Below the pieces are notes generated by a model. That model was not told where the DNA came from, did no database searches, and saw only the letters and a list, made by a program, of their open reading frames with translations. A stretch of 64,000 nt of DNA from an uncultured Candidatus Binatia bacterium (lineage in GTDB: Bacteria; Desulfobacterota; Binatia; UBA9968; JAJDTQ01), in contig OZ244070.1 in the NCBI GenBank assembly GCA_965215605.1, positions 2,304,001 to 2,368,000 on the forward strand. Direction: 5' to 3'. Shown here in pieces: positions 55,251 through 64,000 of this stretch (positions within the stretch are counted from its first letter, which is position 1; every line of letters begins with the position of its first letter). A program made the position numbers and the translations under genes.

Positions 55251-56273
55251 CTACTTTTTCATCCAGCCCTTGCTGTCGTGCCAGGCAAGGGCCTTGGCGT
55301 AGAACTCGGGGAACAGGATCTGGTCGATGGGCGGAACCTTGGTATCCGCCGCGATGGACTTGGTCCAGAAGGCCGAATCGAGGAAGGCCTTGATGCCCGC
55401 CTCGGTGGCTTGGCATCGGTCCGGGATGTGCTTGCTCTGGGTCACCTCGATGTCGTACATCTCCTTGGCCAGGTTCGGCTTGTTGCGCATGACCTTCGTG
55501 AGGACATGCATGACCTCTTCCTTGTTCTTCGGGTCGTTGATGTACGCACACCCGCGGATGAGGGTGCCGAACATGGCCGTGGCCTTGTCCGGATTGTCCT
55601 TGACGTAGTTCCTGTTCATGCCGAGTTGCGTGAAGGCGTATTCCTTCACGAACTGGTTGGCGGCGCCGAGGATCGTCAGGTTCGCTTCCCTGGCGCGCAG
55701 CATGTTGCCGAAGGTCAGCGAGCCCACGTCGATCTTGCCCGCCTTGACGCCCGCCAGACGCGCCGACGACCCGCCGACCTTCACCAGGCGCACATCCTTT
55801 CTGTCGATGCCGGCGGTCTCGAGCAGCTTGAGGGACACGTAGACATTGCCCGAGGTGGGCGAACTGATGCCCACTTTCACGGGCCGGGGCAGGTCCTTGT
55901 ACGACTTGACGTGTTTCCCGCCGACCAGCCAGTAGGGCAGCGTGTTCATCAAGGTGCCGACGACCCGGATGTTGCTGCCGGGACGAATGGCCAGGGGAAC
56001 GACGTCGTCCGAGCTGAAGAAGGGAAGTTGACCCCGTTCCAGGGCCAGCACCGCGGCGTTCTCGCCGCCCGACACCGAGTAGACCACGGCGTCGTAGCCG
56101 ATCTCCTTGAACCAGCCCTTGTAGATGCCCACCTGCTGCACCAGCGCGGTGCTCGAGTTGGGGGATGCCACCGGGATACGGAGCTTCTCCAGGGCCTGCG
56201 CGGAGCCGGCGAACCACAGGCATGCCCCCAGGAAGGCTGCGGCGATTCCTCTTGCGACAAGTCTACGTCTCAT
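55251..56273 (-). CDS. ABC substrate-binding protein (NMT1/SsuA-like), paralog 1
   Basis: Highly similar to the neighbouring paralogs; GGAGGG RBS. Confidence 0.88.
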   Translation of the reverse strand: MRRRLVARGIAAAFLGACLWFAGSAQALEKLRIPVASPNSSTALVQQVGIYKGWFKEIGYDAVVYSVSGGENAAVLALERGQLPFFSSDDVVPLAIRPGSNIRVVGTLMNTLPYWLVGGKHVKSYKDLPRPVKVGISSPTSGNVYVSLKLLETAGIDRKDVRLVKVGGSSARLAGVKAGKIDVGSLTFGNMLRAREANLTILGAANQFVKEYAFTQLGMNRNYVKDNPDKATAMFGTLIRGCAYINDPKNKEEVMHVLTKVMRNKPNLAKEMYDIEVTQSKHIPDRCQATEAGIKAFLDSAFWTKSIAADTKVPPIDQILFPEFYAKALAWHDSKGWMKK

Positions 56274-56362
56274 TGGCTTCCCTCCTTGTTTGTGAGATTC
56301 AGCCCGGAACTTCGCATCATTGCCGTTGCATGGGGAATGGCGCCCGCCCGGCGAGCTGCCGA

Positions 56363-57154
56363 CTACTCCTCCATGGCCTTGCGGGCCTCGTCCGCGAGCA
56401 ACTCCCAGATGTCGTGCTTGATCTGCAGGAACTCGGGTTCTTCCTTGATTCGCAGGGTGCGGGGGGTGGGAAAGGGAACCTTGATCTCCTTCATGATCGT
56501 ACCCGGCCTGAAGCTGAAGCAGAAAACGACGTCGGAAAGAAACACGGCTTCCTCGATGTCGTGGGTCACGAAGACCACTATCTTGCCCGAGTTCTTCCAA
56601 TCGATCATCCGCTGCAGCTCTTCCTGCATGAGCAGCCGCGTCTGGGCGTCCAGGGAGGCGAAGGGTTCGTCCATGAGCAGGATTTCCGGGTCCACCGCCA
56701 GTGCGCGGGCAAGGTTCACCCGCTGCTGCATGCCGCCGGAAAGCTCGTGAGGATAGTGGCTCTCGAAGCCCCGCAAGCCGACGATCTGCGTGTATTTGTC
56801 ACAGATCTCGCGCTTTTCGGTGGCGGACATGCTGCGGTCGTTCTCGATGCCGAACTGGATGTTGTCGGTAACGTTCCGCCAAGGCAGCAGCAGGGCCTGC
56901 TGGAACACCACGGCCTTGTTGGGCGTCGGACCGGTCACTTCCTCGCCGTCCAGCAGGATACGGCCCTTGGTAGGGGGCAGCAGCCCGTGGATCATGTGCA
57001 GCAGCGTCGTCTTGCCGCAGCCGCTGGGTCCCACGAACGAATAGAACGTCCCCGGACGGAGATCCATGTCGACGCCGCCCACGGCATGGACCGTCTCCCC
57101 GGTGGGTTTCATGAAGGTCTTGTGGATTTGCTCTACCTGAATCGATGACGACAC
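56363..57154 (-). CDS. ABC transporter ATP-binding protein (NitT/TauT type)
   Basis: GPSGCGKT, LSGGMQQR, LMDEPF, VTHDIEEA. Confidence 0.95.
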   Translation of the reverse strand: MSSSIQVEQIHKTFMKPTGETVHAVGGVDMDLRPGTFYSFVGPSGCGKTTLLHMIHGLLPPTKGRILLDGEEVTGPTPNKAVVFQQALLLPWRNVTDNIQFGIENDRSMSATEKREICDKYTQIVGLRGFESHYPHELSGGMQQRVNLARALAVDPEILLMDEPFASLDAQTRLLMQEELQRMIDWKNSGKIVVFVTHDIEEAVFLSDVVFCFSFRPGTIMKEIKVPFPTPRTLRIKEEPEFLQIKHDIWELLADEARKAMEE

Positions 57155-57157
57155 GGA

Positions 57158-57943
57158 CTACTCCTGTAATTGGGAATCACGCCAAGGCGCCATGCGGCGC
57201 TCGATCATGAGAATCGCCTGGTTGAGCACCACGCCGGTGCCGGCGAGCATGGCCGCGCACGACATCATGAGCGGCATGTTGAAGGTATCCAGTCCCTTGA
57301 ACAGTTGATAGCCGAGTCCCGCATAGGCGCCGAAATACTCTCCCACGACGACTCCCACGATCCCGCGGGAGATGCCGAGGCGCAGCCCCGTAACGATATA
57401 GGGGAGTGAACCCGGAATGAGGATCTTGTAAAGGACCTGATTCTTGGGAATGCAGAACGAGCTGGCGAGGGTCTGGAACTCCTTGCCGACGCTCAGAACC
57501 CCGGTGTAGGTGTTCAGGACGATGGGCACCACCGCGGTGATGAGGACGATGACGATCTTGGCCGTGAGGTCCACGCCGAACCAGATGATGATGAGCGGCG
57601 CCAGCGCCACGGACGGCGTGGCGTAGACCGCGCTCAGCCAGGGATCGAAGAATTCGCGGAATACCCGGCTGATCCCGAAGATCATCCCGAGGGCGATGCC
57701 CGCGAACGCGGCTACGCCGAATCCCCAGAAGAACTCGATGCCGCTGATGTATAGATCGTCAAGGATCTCGCCGCTGGCGAAAAGGCCGTAGGTGTGGGTG
57801 ACGACCCGCCACGGGCCCACGAAGAACAACTCGCTGTTGACCTGCCAGTCGGCGAACGACCAGAACACCGCCACGATGGCGATGCCGAAAATCGCGTTCA
57901 GCCATTTACGCTGCTGCTGATAGATACTTGCCAAGGCTTCCAT
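57158..57943 (-). CDS. ABC transporter permease
   Basis: Six TM helices, PGSLPYIVTGLRLG, GEYFGA. Confidence 0.92.
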   Translation of the reverse strand: MEALASIYQQQRKWLNAIFGIAIVAVFWSFADWQVNSELFFVGPWRVVTHTYGLFASGEILDDLYISGIEFFWGFGVAAFAGIALGMIFGISRVFREFFDPWLSAVYATPSVALAPLIIIWFGVDLTAKIVIVLITAVVPIVLNTYTGVLSVGKEFQTLASSFCIPKNQVLYKILIPGSLPYIVTGLRLGISRGIVGVVVGEYFGAYAGLGYQLFKGLDTFNMPLMMSCAAMLAGTGVVLNQAILMIERRMAPWRDSQLQE

Positions 57944-57957
57944 GAGGTTCTCTCGAC

Positions 57958-58788
57958 TTAGACCAGTGTCTTTCTGTAAGGCGTAGCCCAGCGCTCGACG
58001 CCCTTGAGGATCTCGTTGCCCGCGATCCCCATGATGGTCAGCAGCGAGATGCCTACCATCATCTCGGCCACGTGGAACGTCTGCGTCGCGTGGTCGATCA
58101 TGTAGCCGATGCCGGCCTCGGCCCCGAACAGCTCTGCCACCATGATGGTCACCACCGACCGGGAGTAGCCCAGCCTCAGCCCCGCGATCAGGAACGGCAG
58201 CGAACCCGGTATGATGATCTTGGTCAGCATGGCCCAGAACGAGATGTTGAAGGCCCGTCCCAGCATGCGGAACTCGCCTTGAACGTTCTTGATGCCGGCC
58301 TGTGTGTTGATGATTACGGGAAACACCGAGGCCAGGGTGATGACGCCGACCTTGGAGGCGATGCCGAGGCCCAGCCAGATGATGAACAGCGGCGCCGCCA
58401 CCGAACGCGGTGTGGCGTAAAGGCCCACCAGGATGGGGGAGAACATCTCGTCCAGGGTCTTGCTGAAAGCCACCGCCGCGCCGATGACGACTCCCAGGAT
58501 CATGGCGAGGCCGAAGCCGTAGATCAGCTCGGTGCCGCTGTAGTTGATGTTCTCCCAGAACCGCGGCTCATAGACCAGCACCGTGAATTCGACCGCTACT
58601 GCCACCGGGCCGGTGAAGAAGTCGGGATCATCGAAGATGTAGTCGATGAACTCCCACGTCAACAGGGCCAGGATCACGGAGAAGAAGAAGTTGATGCCGA
58701 TGCGGTGGCGGTTGTAGACACCCTTCACGGACGTGACGAACGAAGGCTCGGGCGTGTCTTCGAGCGGTACAGGTTGCGTTTTACTCAT
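57958..58788 (-). CDS. ABC transporter permease
   Basis: PGSLPFLIAGLRLG, AELFGA. Confidence 0.92.
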   Translation of the reverse strand: MSKTQPVPLEDTPEPSFVTSVKGVYNRHRIGINFFFSVILALLTWEFIDYIFDDPDFFTGPVAVAVEFTVLVYEPRFWENINYSGTELIYGFGLAMILGVVIGAAVAFSKTLDEMFSPILVGLYATPRSVAAPLFIIWLGLGIASKVGVITLASVFPVIINTQAGIKNVQGEFRMLGRAFNISFWAMLTKIIIPGSLPFLIAGLRLGYSRSVVTIMVAELFGAEAGIGYMIDHATQTFHVAEMMVGISLLTIMGIAGNEILKGVERWATPYRKTLV

Positions 58789-58884
58789 GGATTTCCGATG
58801 GGCGTAGAAATGGGGCGGATGCAATTAAACCCTGCCTCATACGAGTATTGGCAGACCTTGTCAAGCGGTTTTGACTGTTTGCGG

Positions 58885-59424
58885 TCAGATCCTCACGACC
58901 GCATCGACTTTGTCGATTTCCGTGAGCCGGACGCGCACGTCCCCGCCCTTGGACATCGCGACCTGCTTGCCGACGAAACGGGCCTCGATGGGAAGCTCCC
59001 GTCCGCCGCGGTCTACCAGGACCGCGAGAAAGATGGCCCTGGGCCGCCCCAGTGCCATGAGGTGGTCGACGGCGGCGCGGACGGTGCGTCCGGTATGCAA
59101 CACGTCATCGAACAGGATCACGGTCTTGTCGGTCACGTCGAAGGGTATGTGGGTGGCGTCGATGCGTCCCTTGGGCAGCAACGTGTTCAGGTCGTCGCGA
59201 TAGAGCGTGGCGTCGAGCTCGCCCACGAGAACCGGCAGGCCGTGCTTTTCCTTCAGGACCGCGGCGACACGCCGGGCCAAGGTAGGTCCGCGGGTCCGTA
59301 TACCGACGAAGGCCAGCGCGCCGGCGCACTCCTCGGCGATCCGCTTGGCAAAGCCCGCCAGAACTCTCTTGATCTGTGCTCCGCCGAGCACGGGTGTTTC
59401 CTTGGTTGCCTTAGATTTCTGCAT
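58885..59424 (-). CDS. pyrR: PyrR bifunctional regulator/uracil PRTase
   Basis: GIRTRG, LDATLYRDDL, DDVLHTGRTVRAA, DRGGRELPI. Confidence 0.92.
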   Translation of the reverse strand: MQKSKATKETPVLGGAQIKRVLAGFAKRIAEECAGALAFVGIRTRGPTLARRVAAVLKEKHGLPVLVGELDATLYRDDLNTLLPKGRIDATHIPFDVTDKTVILFDDVLHTGRTVRAAVDHLMALGRPRAIFLAVLVDRGGRELPIEARFVGKQVAMSKGGDVRVRLTEIDKVDAVVRI

Positions 59425-60670
59425 GGGCGGCTCGAAGCAGGGCCTCCACCAGGAGTTGGGTGCCGAGGCAGATGTCCGCGGGATCGGTCCACTCCGTGGG
59501 GTTGTGGCTGACGCCGTTGGTGCTGGGGATGAAGATCATGCCGGTGGGGGTGATCTTGGCCATCTGCATGGCGTCGTGACCGGCTCCCGACGGCATCACC
59601 TCGAAGGGAACCTCCCGCTCCTCGCAGGTGGCGCGGATGAGCGAGATCACTCCCGGGTGCAGCGCCACCGGCTCCTCGTCCCGGATCGCCAGTACCTCGA
59701 CCTTCATGCCCCGCTCCCGGACGATCCGCCGCGCCCGCTTCTTGATCAGTCCCGCCACCTTGCGCTTGGAGGCGGCGGTGATGCTGCGCACGTCCACCTG
59801 AAGCTCCACGCGGCCGGGGATGGCGTTGATGACCCCCGGCTCGACCTTGATGGCGCCCACGGTGCCCACCACCCGGCCCTGGTCCTCGGAGGAATGCTCC
59901 CGGCAGACCTCGTCGATGTAGGTGATGAGGCAGCCCGCCGCCACCAGCGCGTCCTTGCGCATCTCCATGGGGGTGGTGCCGCTGTGGTCCGCCTGTCCCT
60001 TGAAAACCACTCGGAACCGGCTCGGGGCGGCGATGGCGGTGACCACGCCGATCTTCTTCTTCTTCGATTCCAGCACCGGCCCCTGCTCGATGTGGAGCTC
60101 GATGTAGGCCTTGACGGTCTCCGGGTCGCGTTTCAGGGACGCGAGGTTCTCCCGGTAGATGCCGAAGCTCGAGAGCACGTCCTCGAGCCGGTTGCCGCCG
60201 GCGTCCACCGCGTTGGCGAAGTCGTCCATGGTGACGTCCCCCGCCACCAGGCTGCTGCCCAGCGTGGCGAAACCGAACCGGCTGGATTCCTCCCCCACGA
60301 AGCACACGCTCTCCAGCGGCAAGGGCAGGGGCACGCCGCTCTCCTTGATGGTCCGCACCGCTTCGAGGGCGCCGATGACCCCCACCGGGCCGTCGTACCT
60401 GCCGCCCTGGATGACGGAATCGAGGTGGGACCCGGCCAGCACCGCGGGTCCGTCCGTTCCCGCCGACAGCCGCCCGAAGATGTTTCCGGCGGCATCCACG
60501 CGCACGTCGAGGCCGGCCTGGTTCATCAGGTGGACCAGCAACTGGCGGGAGCGCAACTCGTGCACCGAGAACACCAGCCGTGTGACCGATCCGCCCTCGC
60601 CCAAGCCGATTCGGGAGACCGCGTTCAGGTCGCGCAACAGCCTGTCTTTATTGATCTCGGGGACTTCCAT
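59411..60670 (-). CDS. Zn-dependent N-carbamoyl amidohydrolase (allantoate amidohydrolase/beta-ureidopropionase family)
   Basis: GSHLDS, GRYDG, GEESSRF, ELHIEQG, GAGHDA, GVSHNP. Confidence 0.9.
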   Translation of the reverse strand: MEVPEINKDRLLRDLNAVSRIGLGEGGSVTRLVFSVHELRSRQLLVHLMNQAGLDVRVDAAGNIFGRLSAGTDGPAVLAGSHLDSVIQGGRYDGPVGVIGALEAVRTIKESGVPLPLPLESVCFVGEESSRFGFATLGSSLVAGDVTMDDFANAVDAGGNRLEDVLSSFGIYRENLASLKRDPETVKAYIELHIEQGPVLESKKKKIGVVTAIAAPSRFRVVFKGQADHSGTTPMEMRKDALVAAGCLITYIDEVCREHSSEDQGRVVGTVGAIKVEPGVINAIPGRVELQVDVRSITAASKRKVAGLIKKRARRIVRERGMKVEVLAIRDEEPVALHPGVISLIRATCEEREVPFEVMPSGAGHDAMQMAKITPTGMIFIPSTNGVSHNPTEWTDPADICLGTQLLVEALLRAAHAEI

Positions 60671-60772
60671 CCGACGACTCGACGGGTCCGGGAAGGTGTG
60701 CATGGTAACAAAAATGCGCGGGAGGGGACAACGGCTGGAAAAGCCCCATTCACCGTGTTAAGAACCGCATCC

Positions 60773-61441
60773 ATGTCGGAGACCGGAAAGAGAATCGCCC
60801 AGTTGCTGCTGAGCACGCAGTCCATTCAGGTGTACAGCGACAGACCCTTCGTGTTCGTCTCGGGCCGGGTGTCGCCGGTCTACATCGACTGCCGGCGCCT
60901 GCTTTCCTTTCCAGAGGCACGGGACGAGATCCTCGAGGCGTTGGCCCAGATCGCCCGCCGCGACATCGGCCTCGACAACGTGGACGTGGTGGCCGGCGGC
61001 GAGACCGCGGGGATTCCCTATGCCGCCTTCGTGTCCCACTATCTGCGGAAGCCGATGATCTACATCCGCAAGAACCCCAAGGGCTACGGACACACCAACC
61101 AGATCGAGGGGGTTCTCGGCGAGGGGCAGCGGGTCACGCTGGTGGAAGATCTGGTGACGGACGGCTTCAGCAAGCTCCGCTTCAACATCGGCGTCCGCGC
61201 CCAGAAGGCGCGCATCACGCACTGCCTGTGCGTGTTCGAGTACAGCTCCGACGAGCTGGATCTGCACGAGGGCAAGAAGAACCTCGGCGACCACGACATC
61301 AGCCTGCACACCCTGTGCAACTGGGACGACGTCCTGAACGCCGGCGCGGAAACCGGGTTCTTCTCGGAGGAGAGCCGGACCCAGATCCTCGATTTCCTCA
61401 ACGACCCCTCCAACTGGGGCCGCCGCATGGGCTTCGAGTAG
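60773..61441 (+). CDS. pyrE: Orotate phosphoribosyltransferase
   Basis: SGRVSPVYIDCR, GGETAGIP, YIRKNPKGYG, VEDLVTDG. Confidence 0.92.
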   Translation: MSETGKRIAQLLLSTQSIQVYSDRPFVFVSGRVSPVYIDCRRLLSFPEARDEILEALAQIARRDIGLDNVDVVAGGETAGIPYAAFVSHYLRKPMIYIRKNPKGYGHTNQIEGVLGEGQRVTLVEDLVTDGFSKLRFNIGVRAQKARITHCLCVFEYSSDELDLHEGKKNLGDHDISLHTLCNWDDVLNAGAETGFFSEESRTQILDFLNDPSNWGRRMGFE

Positions 61442-61447
61442 CTGCCC

Positions 61448-61473
61448 GTCACCCCGGGCTTGACCCGGGGCCA
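61448..61473. repeat. REP-like palindrome
   Basis: GTCACCCCGGGCTTGACCCGGGG between convergent genes. Confidence 0.5.
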
Positions 61474-61500
61474 GGCGGCGCGGGAGGGCGGCGGCCACCC

Positions 61501-62133
61501 TTACTCCTCGTCGTAGATCTCCACGTCCACCGGCTTGCCGCCCACCGGCATGTCCGGACACGCACTGAACGCCGCCAGCAGGTCCCGCTCGGCCCTGATG
61601 TCGACGTTGGTCGGCGCCTCGGGCCGGATGTTCGTGTGCTGCATGAGGCCGGTCTTGCCGTCGATGATCATGTGCTGGAAGAGGTTGAAGGGGCTCGGAA
61701 TGTCCTCCGGGGCGATGTCGTAGGGCGCCAGCGCCTTGGACAGGTTCTCCCAGCAGCCATGATCCGGAATCTCGTCGTCCCGGTAGTCCCGGTGGTAGTA
61801 CTCCCGCAGCCGCCCCTCCGCCTTGGCCAACTGAAAGCGCCGTCCGCTGCACATGCCCTTCTGCAGATCGTGGGTCCCTTCCTTGAAGGTGTCCGCCACG
61901 ATGGTCATGAAGTGCTGGTTGTCCCGGGACATCAGCTTGTCGCCTGTGCTCAGGAAGATCTTCCCGTTGTAGACCTTGGTGCGGGCCTGGTCGAACCGCT
62001 CCCGCAGGTTGTCCCGGTCCAGCACCAGGAAATCCACCGTGGACATGGCGATGATGCGGATGATCTGCCCCTTCCTGAGATCCCCGGACCAGCCGCTGTT
62101 GGCGGGGACGTGCTCGCTGAATATCTTTTTCAT
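61501..62133 (-). CDS. DUF1989 family protein (paralog of 51085..51738)
   Basis: ERFDQART, HDLQKGMC, GCWENL, SACP. Confidence 0.85.
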   Translation of the reverse strand: MKKIFSEHVPANSGWSGDLRKGQIIRIIAMSTVDFLVLDRDNLRERFDQARTKVYNGKIFLSTGDKLMSRDNQHFMTIVADTFKEGTHDLQKGMCSGRRFQLAKAEGRLREYYHRDYRDDEIPDHGCWENLSKALAPYDIAPEDIPSPFNLFQHMIIDGKTGLMQHTNIRPEAPTNVDIRAERDLLAAFSACPDMPVGGKPVDVEIYDEE

Positions 62134-62224
62134 TCAGGCCTCCTTCGTAGCGGAACTGTGAACCGCCGGGCACGAATTTTCAATACTCGGCGTGGCGTCC
62201 GGCGTTCTTGTTTCCCGGTTCCCG

Positions 62225-63091
62225 TCAGCGTATCGCCGTAATCAACAACACCCCCAGCACGATCAGTGCCGCCGCCACCACCTTTCGCACGGTGATGATC
62301 TCCACCTCCCGCAGGAACACGGCGGAGAGCACCAGGCTGTAGAGCGGGCTCAGGCTCGCCAGCGGCGCGACGATGACGACGTCGGACAGGTACAGGGACA
62401 TGTACACGCTGGCGACGCCCAGGGTCACGGCGCAGCCGGCCAGAAGGAAGTAGCCCAGGGAGCGGCGGTCGAAGGTGACGGCGGACCACTTCCGCGAGAC
62501 CGACAGCGAAATCGCCACGGCGACCAGGGACGTGCCGGTGGTGACCGCGGCCCCCAGGATCGGCAGGGTAATCTGCGCCAGGCCGATCTTGCGGATGACC
62601 TGGGTGGAGCCGGCGACGAAGGCGCTCAGGAGCGGCAGCGTGACCAGGATGTTCATCCACGCGCCGGTCCTCTCTTCCCGCAGGCTGAGCAGGGTGATGC
62701 CGAAGACCACCAGCGCGGTTCCGGCGCCCACCGCCGGCGTGAGCTGCTCCCCCAGAACGGCGATGGCCATGAGCGACGAGAACAGCGGCGTGGTGGCCCG
62801 GAGCGGCGCGGTCACCGCCACCCCCACCTTCTCCACGCTCAGGTAGGCCAGGTAGCGGGTGCCGCCTGGCTGGATCAGGCCGACCAGCACGAAGATCAGC
62901 AGCTCGGGACGCAGGATCTGGTCCCACGGGAGCACCGCAAATACGAAGCTCCAGAAGGACAGGACGTTGATGGCCAGGGAGATGACGATGGCGGTGACGG
63001 GGTTGCCGTGCGCCAACCCCTTCTTCAGGAGGATCAGGTTGATGGCGGTGAAGAGCCCGCAAGCGAGCGCGAAGGCTTCGGCTGGGATCAC
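62225..63091 (-). CDS. EamA/DMT family transporter
   Basis: About ten TM helices with two-fold repeat (LGEQLT, LREVE). Confidence 0.85.
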   Translation of the reverse strand: MIPAEAFALACGLFTAINLILLKKGLAHGNPVTAIVISLAINVLSFWSFVFAVLPWDQILRPELLIFVLVGLIQPGGTRYLAYLSVEKVGVAVTAPLRATTPLFSSLMAIAVLGEQLTPAVGAGTALVVFGITLLSLREERTGAWMNILVTLPLLSAFVAGSTQVIRKIGLAQITLPILGAAVTTGTSLVAVAISLSVSRKWSAVTFDRRSLGYFLLAGCAVTLGVASVYMSLYLSDVVIVAPLASLSPLYSLVLSAVFLREVEIITVRKVVAAALIVLGVLLITAIR

Positions 63092-63124
63092 GTGAAGGGC
63101 GTGGAGTCCGTCAGGCGCGCGGCG

Positions 63125-64000
<876 letters not shown>

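Noticed and set aside
59207-61441. 744-aa ORF suggesting a large PyrE fusion
   Set aside because: The upstream part is antisense to the amidohydrolase and pyrR; PyrE starts at 60773

Overview
GC-rich bacterial chromosomal segment. Gene content is loosely suggestive of a deltaproteobacterial/Binatota-like lineage (inference only). The left third carries a complete type I-E CRISPR-Cas locus (cas3-cas8e-cas11-cas7-cas5-cas6e-[Schlafen/AlbA_2-HATPase gene]-cas1-cas2-[RNase H-like DEDDy exonuclease]-leader-array). The array has 35 repeats of 29 bp, and spacer 13 is split by a 2119-bp IS21-family element with a 5-bp target duplication. The exonuclease ORF is in frame with cas2 and separated from it by a single TAG codon. 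Two spacers are synonymous variants of one protospacer. A lower-GC three-gene cassette (TIGR04255-like, HEAT-like, putative ART-like toxin) at 20.7-22.6 kb is a candidate defence or toxin-antitoxin system. It is followed by an ArsC/Spx-family gene that appears to be a selenoprotein (UxxC motif with a SECIS-like hairpin). The rest is mostly housekeeping (hisGI, thiC, apt, pcm, thrS-infC-rpmI-rplT-pheST-ihfA, tRNA-Pro, tRNA-Val, dnaE, guaBA, pyr genes, fabH). A catabolic cluster contains a diiron PaaA/BoxB-like protein, ETF, DUF1989 proteins, M20 hydrolases and an ABC transporter with three tandem binding proteins. All family assignments come from motif recognition by eye; no searches were run.
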